From: Tubiluchus corallicola
Lineage: Eukaryota; Animalia; Priapulida
DNA length: 64,000 nt
Assembly (NCBI GenBank): GCA_030141605.1
Contig: JAQGDQ010000128.1
Coordinates: 1 to 64,000 of the forward strand
Direction of reading: 5' to 3'
Every line of letters begins with the position of its first letter. The stretch's first letter is position 1. The notes beneath the pieces were generated by a model. That model had not been told where the DNA came from, made no database searches, and was given only the letters and a program-made list of their open reading frames with translations. Position numbers and translations under genes: made by a program. Shown here in pieces: positions 17,471 through 30,690 of the stretch.

Positions 17471-19780
17471 AAAAAGTACTAAACATGTTCGTCTGATTAT
17501 TTTAATTAGAAAAAACATAAAACAAAGAATAAGTATAAATACTGACTAGCCAAACACTCATAAAATATTTAGTTCATTAGAGAAAGTTATAATCAACAAT
17601 GCTTGAAGATTCTACGTAGTGTTTGTCTACATTTCCTTAACCATTTGGCGATGGTAATGGACTAACAGATAGACGTATTTGCATACAAAGTCATCTTACA
17701 AAACAATACATGCATAAAAAATAGTTATTGACCGGCTATTTCCACGTGAGAAATTCTTGAATTGGAATCTGCAACTAACTCTTTGTTGTTTGTCCTGAAG
17801 GAGATAATAAAAAACAATTACCCTTTCTTGTAGCCAAGTCCTCCTCCAAATACCTACATTGTACTATAGTAAATACCAAATACCAAAAAGTACTGTTTTC
17901 CTACATCGAATAATTCGTAGATTAAAAATGAAAATTTTGGAAAAAATTAAAAATTAAAAATTTAAATCTTTAAACACTTTTAAGATATATAAAAAATACA
18001 AGTTTAACATTATCAGTTTAACAAAACAGCTTGGAAATAATACATTGATAAGAATGATGTGATCCGTAAAACCATTTCTTATTTTTAACTGGCCTTTGTT
18101 CAGCAGTTAACATTAGATAAAAAAGCAGCAGTTGTTTGGAGCCAAGGTGTTACCAAAACAACAAAGAAATCGCATCCACGGAGGAGCACACACCAAAGTT
18201 TGTTTTTTAGATATTCATGTTGATGTGTCAATGTAAATATTAGTCATAGTTAATATTTTAATAAACTGCCAATCTTTCAATGTCAAAACTGACATTTTTA
18301 CGTAACTGTGCATTGTAAATGTCTGTTAAATTGATGCATTTTTTCTCCTTTTTTATATTGTGTGTTTCGTTGTAAGTGTTTCAGTAAACTGCGCTTTCTT
18401 CGTTTAATTTGATATATTTGCCTAACTCTTCGTTGTACATATTAGTTAAATTTTCACATAGATCTGTTTGTTTTTCGCCTACTTTAATCATTTAAATCTA
18501 AACCCTTTAACGTTTAAGGTTCAATACTTCGTTGCAAATATCTTGCTAAACCTTCGATATTTAAATTGATAATTTTGCGAAAATCTTTAATATAAATATA
18601 TGTCATCGTAAATATTATGTTAAATTTGCTATTTGTTGTGTAATACTTCATTATAAATGTTTGTTATTACGTCTAAAAAGAAACGTATTTACTTTTACTC
18701 ATTTTACTCATTTTTCTAGCGTGTTGTAAATTTTATTCGCAGATCAATTCGCACTATGCTTTAAAAATTTTGACAAAATTATGTTTGCTTGAAAAACTGT
18801 ATAAAATGAAAATGTGTACTAAGAAATCAAAGGAATGGGCACGTAGTTGATGATGTTGTATACAGAAAGTAAAAAAGTAATAAAATACTCCTCATTTGTG
18901 CTATGCAGAGAGCAAAATCAATGTCAAAAGATGAACTTTAAGTGAAGTTGCTCGCTTATTTCCATTCAGGTGCAACCACAAAATTTAGATCAACCATTTA
19001 AATAATTATATTGTGGACCTAGTTTACTACAGGTAAGCTTAGTCAGGAAAGATCTACGAAAAACAGTTTGTAACAGGACCCTCGAGATAATTATTGTGGA
19101 TTAAATGCATATCAGTGATCATAAGTTTAAACTCATGTCATCTGGTCAATTATTAAAGTTGACTTTCTTTGTTGACAGGTCTTGGTTGACAGTTTCTTAC
19201 AAAGAATGACGGTTTTTATATTCGTAAGGATGTGCATAAGTAATGCAATAATTAATAATTAATAATAAGCATTCATAACGTAAGGCATATATATCCGTCT
19301 ATATGTCCGAGATTTCACGGTAAAGCAATCGAGATTTATTATTCAGTTAGTATGAAGCAGCTAGATATAATATCCGGTGCTTTTATGCATTTTGTTAGCA
19401 AGCCATATGGTACACTTAAATAATACTTCTGCACAACAACAGTGACAGCTATGCTATTGGCTTCATTGGCATTGTGATGTCACCGTAAAAAGGCATGTAC
19501 ATTAAGACTAAAAACCATAGATAACATAAAGCGCAAAAGTTTTATTAAACTGGACTACGTCCAACACCCGGAGTTTTGATTACATACACTCCTATGGTAT
19601 ATGACACACCTCACATCTGACAACAAGACTACTGCGTCTTAGAAAATTAATGGTAAGATTTTCTTCTTACGAGTTTAGATCTTGTTAGACGCCTTTACTT
19701 GCCAGAACTAGCAAGTAATGCGAACTGGTGTTTAAGCACTATTAATATAACTTTGCATAATGCACTAAATGTGCTGTAGC

Positions 19781-20615
19781 CAAGGCTGACAGTACGGGAC
19801 GGTGCGAAAAAATACCGTCCTTCGTACCTCTAAAAATAACGTACTGTAATTCTGTACCGTACCTACAAAATCGAATCGTACCGTACTAGTACGATAAAAT
19901 GTCGTACCGTAATTTCGTACCAAGTTCATGTAGGATCTACTATAAAAAGATAAAGAGTGACATAAAAATTAAATGTAAAACGATAAGTTTATCAATTATT
20001 GTTATGAATTTATGCGTACTATAAAAACAGAATTGCAGTTTGAACTTCCATACTATTTATTTTAGATTACAAAAGCTACACAATACAGGCTATGCTATTA
20101 TTTTATATACAAAAGCAGTCTGATGATATTTTGCACAGATCGGCAAAGTTCTAAGCATTCCTCATTAACGAGCATACATTTTGAAATATTTTTGCTGCAA
20201 CAAAATCTGCATAGCTTGAGATGTGCAGTAAATTACTACACAATAGCTAGAAATGACAGTTAACACAAGGGTGTTACATGAATTGGTGTCAGGCCTGGGA
20301 AGCAATCTGTAAACAAATATAATCTTAATTTACAAGAAATGACAACTCCAGCTTCAAAAACAACTTCTGGCTTTCCAGTTTGCACTCAAAAGGAACCAGT
20401 TTAGCGGGTTTGTTTAAGTGTGCTCTATGTTAATTAGGGGAGAACAGTAAGTTCCACACATTAACAAAATAAGTCAGCACAATGAGTTGCTGACCAATAG
20501 ACACCTTAGAAGAAACTGGGGATAAATGGTACGGAAAAGGTACGATAAAGGTACGAAAAGGGTACGAAATAAATACCGCTATTTCGAGCAGTACCGTACT
20601 GTACTGCCAGCCTTG
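19781..20615. mobile_element. Non-autonomous hAT-type DNA transposon (835 bp)
   Basis: Imperfect ~25-bp TIRs CAAGGCTGACAGTAC... / ...GTACTGCCAGCCTTG; 8-bp TSD GCTGTAGC / GTTGTAGT (6/8); subterminal CGTACC and GGTACG arrays in opposite orientation at each end. Confidence 0.85.
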
Positions 20616-22083
20616 GTTGTAGTCCTTGAGTCCTAAGGAGTATGGCACTTCTAAAAGCGTAGTCGTACGTTAATGGTACCACTCAGCATTCGTTTCAAAA
20701 TGCGAACACCAGGACCAGATTAGCTCTGAGATAACTTTAGGCGAGCGATATAAACTCCCTTATTGGACCTTCAATTATAGGATTTGGAACAGTGTCGGAA
20801 CAGCAGTTTGTTAATTCAAAAAATGCTTGACAGCCTTAATGAGGCATTTTATAATTTCGGGGCGTCAACTTACAATTTCAAAAATTGCTTGTGTTATCCA
20901 AAAGGGAAGCTGATTTACTATACTTGTCCTATCATCACAGAGTCCTATATGCACTTGCGTTTTTGGTATAGGGTAAAAGTTTTGTTTTTCGTCCCTTTTT
21001 ATAAATCATTCACTATGTGGTTGGAGATAAACATCATGATGATTAATATTTAGATAAGATCAACAATTTTTTAAATCGTGTTTTTTTTTAAATGATGCCA
21101 ACTTACACTCAGAAAAGTGATAATTCAGCTGAAACTGGCTGTTACTGTTTAGTGAAAGAATGTAGCTTTGCCAAGACAGATTTGTTTTCATTTTTTCTGT
21201 AAACTTTAACACTGTTCCCTTGTACTAGTAATACTACTTGGCTAGTTTGTCTGCAAAAATACCGCACGACGTAAGAAACCCACGTGCATGCTTCTTTGTG
21301 AAGTTGAAATTGTTTGCTTCATATTAGTAGAACAAGTTTAATTGTTGCTGTAACAATTTTCTTCGTAGCCGTCGCTTGCCCTTGCATAGACAAGCCTTCA
21401 GTGTACGCCAAGAACGAAACAAGTAAATAAGCCTATTTACATCGCATACAGTAAACGACTTATGTTTGGATTGGCGACAACTACATATTTGGCTTGGACT
21501 GGCTGCATGTTTTCGAATGATCACACCATTAATTTTTTTCTTTCTACTGATATGCCTATAATGCAAACAAAAAAGAATGAACATGGACAAGATAGCCTTG
21601 GCTCTATTTACAGAGAACCTGTTGCTTATAAGAGGTACCACGACTCCCTTCTATAGTCTGCACGGATCAGCAGAACTAGCAATGATGGCATATACTTATG
21701 TTTTTTTAAAAGCTTTTTCCGATATATTGAAAAGTGCGAACTTCTCAATTTAGAAGAGGCAGGAAGACTACGTTTGTTTTAATTCGTTTTATTTTTTTTC
21801 GGACCTAAAGCTAACTTGGTGTGATACAAATTCAGCGATGCATTCCGGGATACAAATTCAGTGATGCGTTTCGGGTGGTGACCTTTGATCAATCTAGGCA
21901 CGCAAATCAAACGTAACTTAGACCTCTGATCCTAAGCTCATTTCATCACGTTGTTAGAATAATCATTAAAAGTGGTTAATCGAAATAATTATTGTTAATA
22001 GCTGGACCTGAAAAATTTTGCGAGCCGCACTATATTACTTAACCAGTTAGTACTTAATAAATTTGTAGGGGAAACAACTAGCC

Positions 22084-22283
22084 TTTTGCAAGTGCCGGAA
22101 TCGAAATTGGGTAAGTGTTACTCTACTATTCGAGCTGTTATGAAATTGGCGTACTCTGTGTTAGCTTGAAGTATTGCGTTTTGGTCCTGTTAAGTATACT
22201 TTGTCAAGTGTTTTATTTGCAGTCTATGAGATATGCAAATACACAAAAGTATAAACGACATTATATCGCTTTTTATTTGACAG
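22084..22283 (+). other. Putative 5'-UTR exon end and 5'-UTR intron of CYP-C
   Basis: Donor TTGG|GTAAGT at 22111 and acceptor TTTGACAG ending 22283, 7 nt before the ATG; TTTTGCA...GGAA...TTGG context shared with CYP-B. Confidence 0.55.
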
Positions 22284-22290
22284 AATAGCG

Positions 22291-25200
22291 ATGGCAAGTC
22301 TACAGCTTTTAGACATGTTACATTTGGATCTAGGAACAGTACTAATAGTCGTTGCAGTGTTCATTATCACCCTCTACTGGTTGAGTGTTCCGCGGGGACT
22401 TCCACCTGGACCTTTTGGGCTACCATTGTTGGGATATATACCGTTTCTAACCAAAGAGCCATACATACAATATGCAGGTAGGTTTGCCTCCAACTGTTGC
22501 ACAATTCGGTTTCGAAAGTTGTTCCTGTACATTAAAATGTACCACATTCAGTATATTAGAATTATATCAACGCACCATGTGAAAAGGCACGATGTTATTT
22601 GGGAGAAAATGTCTGACATCTAGTGAATAACAATTCTAGAAGTACATGTTTCGCTGCCTACCATGTATAATACATCGCATCGTTATGTGACGTAAATGGT
22701 TACTGGCATTTGCCCCGCTGTTGTCGATGAAAACGATATACATTTACCTGGCATACACATATCAAGTGGCGCAAAAAATATGCCAAGGTTTTCATCATGA
22801 TATTATAAGAAGAAAATAACGGAATTGCTCGAGAATTATCACACTGATATTACGCTGATATATAAACACCAGAAATTTTATGTCACTCCCTCAGACTTTG
22901 TTATATTTAACTAGAATTTTATATTAACTAGTTCACGAAATAAATGCCGGAAAAAATTTTGTGCGTTACTGTTGATAAAATATACAACCAGTGCTCTATG
23001 TGTCACCATTTCAATAGAAACTAGACGAAGGCATTTCTTTCAACAACTGACAGTTTCTCAATTGGGGTGTTTGGTGTTCAACCATTTTTGCTTTAGTTCC
23101 TTTGCATCTAACGGCTCTGTGCGAGCCTTATACATTTTCTCTTTATACCGAATCCAGAGGATTAAAGTATCATTTTTTCTTGACAACAAATCTTTAGCAG
23201 TTATTTATTTCCTGTATTGAAGATTACAATGCAAGCTAGTTGATTTCATTATTGTTTTGCAGTCGTGTATTGTGAATGCTTTATACGTCAACATAATTAT
23301 TCCTCGGTTGTTGATGATTAGATGACATCATTCCGGCATTTAAATTTTTAACATGTAGAAGTTTTTCGGCCGTAAGTTACAAATTAGGGGAAAGCGGGGC
23401 AAGGTGGAAGGGGCTAAGCAGTTTTACTTATATGTAATTAATGTTAAGGTGTACAACATTGTCCCCTTCTGTTTTTTAGTGACGTTGTCTTTCCTACTTC
23501 TTACAGAAAAATGTTAATTAGTCACATGGACCATTATAGCAGTACTTCTTTGCCGTAGTAAGCGTTTTAAAAATGCCATATGAACTTTTTAATTATCAAT
23601 AGGTTTTTTCGTCGTAAATTATTGTCTTTTTAATGTAATGTAATTTAATTGTGTTTTAACTTCAGTGTATCTTAATTAATGTAATGTAATGTCTTAGAGT
23701 AATGTAGTTTAATTGCATTTCAAACCTCAGTTTCACTCAATTAATGCAATGAAATTTAACCTTCGCGTTACAAGATTTTTTAAATAAACTTATATATATA
23801 CTTGGGACCATTATAGTAGCACTTCAGATCATTATTTTAAACCTTATTTTTATCTCGCTGCCAAAGTAAAGGTTAAAATGAAAAATGTCATTGGAGTAAA
23901 ATTAAATGAATGATTCCAAACAAAACGTTATTTAATAGGTGATCGTGATAAATTCTTTTACAGAAACAATTGATACTGAACGGAGAAAGGTATACATTTT
24001 CCTGTTTAGTTTACAATTCTACCTGACTTCCCTAATTCTCATGGATTCGTGTAACTAAAAATGATGCTTACTTATACGCCTGTAAACCCTGATCATGTCT
24101 CTGTGCAAAATAACATTTGGAGTACATTTGGAGTAACATTTGGAGATTACATATATGACAGGCTTGACCATGTCTACGTGTTAACGGTTCTCCAGCAATT
24201 TTAGTGTCAGTGACAGCATATTTTAATTTTGCATATTGTGACATAAATGTATTCGAACTTAGTAAAACAGATTAGCTGTCTATATGTCAGAGTTTCGCAG
24301 GGGCAAAGCCAAATATTTTCTCTTTGTCCCACGTTATGGTCGCTCTGACAATCCTTTATCATTGATCCACACAAAAGCAAACTGGTTTCAAAATTAGCAC
24401 AAAATTTCGCTAAATACTTTTTCGGCGTCTGAAATCCTTTGCAGTACTATCACTTCCTACACATAATTATAGCAGTTACTACAAATTTTTCTGCAGACGC
24501 ATACGTGAAAAAACAATGGCATTTGCAGAGACGTCTGTTGGGAATTGTTCAAAGCATAAACTGATTTCACGTGTGACAAATGCTTGAAATCCCAGGCCGT
24601 TCCTTTTTACCCCATTTTCCGCTACCAAACTTATAAACTTGTAACTTTCACTTTCATGCACACACGCACGCACGCACGCACACACACACACACACACACA
24701 CATATTGTTATAATATAATTGCTAAATATAATCACTTTGTTTTTTTCTTATATATGTGGTCTTTTCAGAGCTAAGCAAGAAATATGGACCAGTGATGTCT
24801 GTTTATTACGGATCTGTGCCAGTTATTATTTTGAATGGTTATGATGCCGTGAAGGAAGCCTTTGTAGACCGAGAAGTTGATTTTATGAGCAGACCGCTAA
24901 GTATCTTTTACGTACCCCAAAAGATATTTGGCAGGCATAGAGGTAAAAAAATAATACCGAAATTCAAACATGTAAATTTTATTATATATACAAATATGAA
25001 ACTCTATATATATAAAACTATATAATATAGAGTTAGCTAACTATGTTGGAGATCCCTATTAATTACACGAGTGATCAATAGCAGCCAGTAAGCTTTTTCT
25101 TTCTATTTTATAGGACTAATTTTTAACGAGTTTGGACAACACTGGAAAGCTACTCGGAAATTTGCCCAGACAGCTTTGAAGGACTTTGGAGTTGGCAAAG

Positions 25201-28200
25201 TGTCGCTAGAAACCCGAATTCTGAGCGAATTGGAAGCAGTGTCGAAAGAGTTTGTCAAGCAGAAAGAGAGTCCCTTTAATCCACGTCGAGTTCTTAAGAT
25301 GGCAGCGTCGAATATAGTAGCATCTATAAACTTTGGAGCCAGGCAAGTAAATTGCAATGATATTATTAACATGCATTAAGTATTCAGTAATTCCAACACA
25401 CTAGTGGTCTTCTAGGAATTTTTGGGGCAAATGAGGGTTACAATTTGGAAACTCTTGACTCATCAGCCATTAGTAACACTAATCATGACAGAAAATATAA
25501 AAACGAGATATAAAAGTTTAGAGGTGGTCTACTTGAACATATTTTTATCTTTTTCGTACATTTGTAGGATGGAGTACACAGACGAAAAATTCGGAAAACT
25601 TCTAGACATGAATGACGAATTTTTTAAGCTCCCTATTCCTGTCTCGCCAGTGAATTCTTATCCATTGTTGCGATTTGTTCCTGGTGTTGGCGATGTAGTA
25701 AATAAAGCTCTTGGATGTATTGCACGTATTAAGGAATTCACCAAAGAAGTAAGTAGTGATTGACCATGATAGTTCATCTTAGCCTCATAATTTGCTCTTT
25801 AATGCACTCCTAGTAAGACAGTGGATTTTAGTTGACGCATCCATGTCATCAAAACTGGCAATACACTCTATACCATTAGATGTATTAAGAACTTGACGCT
25901 TTATAGATTACGGTAAAAACACGGGATAATGATGAAAATATAATCATAATCTTCTGATCGTGATTCACATATTCTCATAACATCTGTTTACTTAACAGTA
26001 CATAGATGAACATCGTGCTAGCTTTGACAAGGATAACATCAGAGACTTTATAGATTATTATCTGAAAGGTTCAAAAGAAATGCAAGAGGCTGGAAATGAG
26101 AAGTGTGAGTAATAGTAATTTTTCCTAGTGTGCCATTATGTTTCCAACTTATCACTCATTATGTTTATCATATCATTCATATGTTTCACACGTGAATTAA
26201 TGTTCTCTTCTCTTTCGCTTTTGCTCATATCACAAGCGTATATATATATATATAGCCAGATTATAAACTGCACTACCGAGAGATGCAAGCGTTTTCACAT
26301 TGTCTTACAACTTGACGTGGATTTCCAGTGACCTGTACTATCTACCGAAGCATCTACGCTTCACTTTAATTTAGATGCATATACAACAGACGGTTCTTTA
26401 ATATGAATGCAACCGTTGCTATGCCCTCTCTTATTCTGTTTTCATGTATATATGTGTGTGTGTATATAATAGTAGGGTCAATTTACTGACTTACCCCTAA
26501 AAAGTGTAGAAAATGTTTTTTGGTGTTTTCTTGTAGTATTTGGTCCAGAGAATAGCGTACCCAAAATAGGCCGAAATTTGAGCACCACAAAGGGTCTAAT
26601 TATGACGTCAAAAAGATGACTCCCATTTGACGAAAACGAATAGGTATTTAGTCTGCCAGAATGGTGATTTTGACTCAAAGACATAAAACTTTGCGCAGTG
26701 CTAACCAATTTTTCGTTGTTAAAGAGTTTTCGTGTGCCGTGTAGGCGGTTGTATCATCTGCATATTGTGTTAAGCGTGAATTATGTAAAATTAAATGATT
26801 TATTAACATGCAAACAAAAGAGTGAATGACCTAATATGGCACCTTGAGGGTTCCCTCTCTGTGGCGTATCCAATAAGAAAGTGTGTTTGTTCAGGTTGGC
26901 TCTTTGTTTTCTATGAAATAGGTATGAAGCTTTTATAATCATCTTTAGCATCTTTCCTGTGTATTGGAGTTATTTTGCTTGTTTATATATATATATTCAG
27001 TAACGTTAGTAAATGACACAGTAGATTTTGTTACTCGAATCTCGTTTGGCCTATGTTATTCGCTTCTCTTCCTCTTTAGCGCGGACTTGGACTACTAGCG
27101 CGTTACTACATAAAAGAACTTCACGTGAATAAAACTACATTGAAGTACCATTTTTACGCGAGTAAAACTAACCACACGTTCGTTTTGCAATGTCTGTCTC
27201 AAACGAAATCTGCTGTCCCCCCAATAATCAGTAGAAGTAAAGTATTTTTCTCATTTTTGCTATTTTGTTATTAGAACAGTTACATGGACTACATTACATT
27301 ACATGCTTTACATTACCAAACATCATGAAAGAAGCAATAACAAGTTGATAATTTCAGTGACAATGAAAGCAACTGCTACAGCTATGTGGCCAGCAGTGGC
27401 AATTCGTTTAACAGCAGCTCTTTACAACGAAAACAGAGATTTAACTCACCAAATTTTGGTGTTATATTTACTGGAGAAATACATTAAAAAGGCTGTGAGT
27501 TTACTTATTTAAAGCTTGTTTTTCTTTACTATTTTATGCTGCTATGGCAAGCTAAATAAATATGTTATTTAGCTATTTAAATAAGCACTTTCTTACATAG
27601 GGACAGATGAGCATTTGTTCCAAATTATAGTCGACTTGTTTAATGCTGGAACGGAGACAACTGCAACAAGTCTCGGCTGGATGTTTCTGTATTTAATCAA
27701 ATTCCCAGATGTACAGAAAAAAGTACAAGCAGAAATTGATAAGGTATTGTCACAAAAATTGTTTGCTAATTGCTAATTGTAATAGAAAACGACCATATAA
27801 CAATTGAGCTAAAGTTGTTTTAAGTTATTTATGATTTTTTAAGTTATCACAAAATATAAGAACTTTTAGTATCATGGCTTGTTACACATGCTGCTTACAG
27901 GAATTGTTCTTCTTTATGTGCTTGTAGGTTATCGGAGAAAGATATCCTAAGTTTAGTGATCGCAATAATATGCCCTATGTGCAAGCAGCGATCAGTGAAA
28001 TGCAACGTCATGCGAATATTACTCCATTTGCTATACCTCACTCGCCCATAAAAGATACAACACTTCGAGGATACAACATCCCTAGGTAGGTTACAGCCAG
28101 CCTGTACTAACCAATCAAACAATTACACATTGAAGAGATAACTATTGTGTTATAAAAGTAATTAAATTAAAGGGAAGAAAAGGGAATTTTAAAGTATATG

Positions 28201-30325
28201 CCAAAAAACTTTCTATACAAAGTTATATTACTTAACATTACGTTTACCTGTTTAAAAGACGGATGTAATTGGAAAAGCAAATTCTTACTTATTTAAAATA
28301 TTTGAGCTATCAGGTAAAACGGCGCTACATCGCCATCCCAGTGTGCACCACTGATTCATCAAAACACACAGTGGTCTTATTGACAGTATAAAGTAATTTA
28401 AACTTTTGCTTAGCGAAGTGCTCTGCGAATGCGCTGATTATTTTTTCAAAGTTGTGCGCAATGTTATCCAAACTTGCTTCAAAAGACTTACCGTTAAAAT
28501 GACTGCGCCTAACGATCATCGCGTGAGTTTAAATTTGCAAGTTTTATCCAGCATTACTGCTAACGCAAGCCGCGTATGCAATAAGACAGCACGAAAGTGA
28601 TATAAAATTTCAAAACAAATTTTTAAACTTTTTTGCGAAGAGAATTTTTTGTACTTAACTTTATAGCAATCCTTATTCGTATTACGAACTATTTTAGTTT
28701 AGGTAATAATTTCCCGGTGAAATCATAAAATGATGAAAATGGCTTTTGTTAAGTTAAACCGTTAAACTAACTCCTTAATTAAACTATTAACATGCGTAGG
28801 TGGCTGTCAACCATCTGTAACTAGCAAAGGGTTCAGACAGTTAGCCGAATTCAGCACATGCGAAAGTTCCTTTTAAGAAAAATACTTCAGTAAAACAAAT
28901 CTAAAGCAGCCCGGTCTTGTATTATTATGGTAAATGCATAACAAATGATAGTAGACTATGGAAAAATATGTACATGTGAAAATAACACATGCTCATCATT
29001 GCAAAAATTCTATGCCCTTAAAATTGTAAGCCTAATTCAGAATTATATGTAAATTTCTGTTATGTAGCTATTTTCTAGGCCAATTGGAGTAGTAATTGTT
29101 ATTATGGTTTCTCATACTGCCAGGCCTTGACAAGAAAAACAGATGATCTGAGGTGTCGTGGCCTAGAATGACTAGGCAGTAAAAAACAAAACCGCGATAA
29201 CACAGATGTTAAGAACCATATTATTAATAATAACATGAACTATTTTATCTAAAATATAACATCCATCTTTTTAAAGTATTTTATATCCATCACTCAATTC
29301 ACTGTTAAAAGATCATCATTGACGACCATCGAATCATTATTGATCCCACCCGCCCCAAAATTCCATAACAGAAAATATAAAATCCAAATACTTTATATCA
29401 TCACATTGCAAAAGTTGTTTATGCACTTAAAGGTACCGAACTTCGTTGAAGGAAACTTAAGGAACTAATTAACTACAACTTGTTTTAATTCTCGTCAAGT
29501 ATAGCTGTCTGAAAGTTAGAAAAAGTTTCAATTCTTACAGACGCAGTATTATGTTTGCTAACCTGTATTCAGTACATCGAGATCCGAAATACTGGACAAA
29601 CCCCGATGAATACGATCCAAACCGCTTTCTAGATGAGTCCGGGAATTACGTGAAACCGGAAGCCTTTATTCCTTTCTCCATAGGTAAGAACCTGATCTGT
29701 CTTTCCAAGCGCTCCGCGGTAAGACACATAATTAACGCAGTGCAATCTCCACTTTAACTCTCTTGCATTTATATTTTTGTGCCTATGTATGGTGTGCGTT
29801 TAAAATGTGAACAATGTATCGTCATTGAGCAATAGGTTTTTTAACAGAAATCACTTTGTCTTGAAAAAATATGAGAGGCATGGACTGAACATTCAGTCTA
29901 CGAGTATTTTATTATTTGTATACAATACACAGAACAAATATATGGCACAAGCTTTCGTAAAGAGTTCTTTAAAAATGGAAGAGAATTTCAAGTTTTAATT
30001 ATATTATAGATCATCAGTAATGAGTCATTTTCAGTTTCGATGACAGTTGTTTACTCTTGAGCAACTGAGCATTTGAGCATCTAAGATTTTCAAATAATTG
30101 TGCTATCTACTTTTTAATTAGAAAGCATTCTACTTTCATATAGGTCGTCGCATTTGCCTGGGTATGCCTCTAGCGAATATGGAGCTTTTCATGTTTTTCA
30201 CGTTCCTTCTGCAAAGATTCAACATAAAGGCACCGGAGGGCGCTAAGGTTACCCTCGAGCCCATATTTGGCGTAACTAGGTCCGCTGCACCTTACGACAT
30301 TATTGCAAAGCCAAGAACTCATTGA
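22291..30325 (+). CDS. CYP-C: complete microsomal cytochrome P450, CYP2 clan, 500 aa
   Basis: Exons 22291-22477, 24769-24942, 25114-25342, 25568-25748, 25999-26104, 27601-27743, 27928-28085, 29541-29683, 30144-30325 sum to 1503 nt (ATG to TGA). TM anchor, [34 protein letters not shown]. Intron 3 donor is AG|GCAAGT. Confidence 0.95.
24658..24702. repeat. (CACG)n(CA)n microsatellite
   Basis: Direct observation. Confidence 0.9.
26660..26935 (-). mobile_element. Degenerate non-LTR retrotransposon (CR1/L2-like) reverse transcriptase fragment in CYP-C intron 5
   Basis: Minus strand gives [26 protein letters not shown] and QYADDTT (YADD at 26753-26764), in RT motif order, with frameshifts. Confidence 0.8.
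28167..28652 (+). repeat. Interspersed repeat family B copy (CYP-C intron 7), begins TTAA|AGGG (Kolobok-like end, unconfirmed)
   Basis: Colinear with 15238-15722. Confidence 0.85.
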
Positions 30326-30657
30326 AAACTATTTGCTGCATGATAGAATGAATCATTAGTTATTAAATTTTTGAAACAAAGCTTGACAAGTCCGGACTGA
30401 GCTTGGCTTTGAATCAGAGTTTTGGATTACAAGTCCGGATTAGATTCCCATTTTTCGCATTTTCTTTTTCCGTAAACTTTGCTTCAAAAATTCGATAGTT
30501 ACGCGTTCATTTTAGGGTTACCCGATAATGTTAGAATGAAAATTATAGTTATTTACCAAATGCCTAGACATAATTTGCTTTTATTTTACTTTTTAAATAC
30601 ATGTGTTTATTAAATGCACGTGTTTATTTAAATTGAGTTTACTTTTTGAATAAGAAT

Positions 30658-30690
30658 AATAAAGAAGTTGTTTGTTTATTTGTTTTTCTC
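30658..30690 (+). terminator. Candidate polyadenylation signal of CYP-C
   Basis: AATAAA at 30658-30663 followed by a GT/T-rich element. Confidence 0.5.

Noticed and set aside
23386-24033. Possible pogo-like MITE (TAGGGGAAAGCGGGGCAAG ... CTGACTTCCCTA)
   Set aside because: Right-end match too degenerate to call.
30005-30045. CTGATGA and GAAA boxes suggesting a hammerhead ribozyme (also 36616, 61897)
   Set aside because: The required stems or the GAAA box cannot be formed at correct spacing.
30398-30440. tRNA-like fragment on the minus strand (similar at ~48395-48430)
   Set aside because: Only partial anticodon/T-arm resemblance; no cloverleaf. At most a decayed SINE head.
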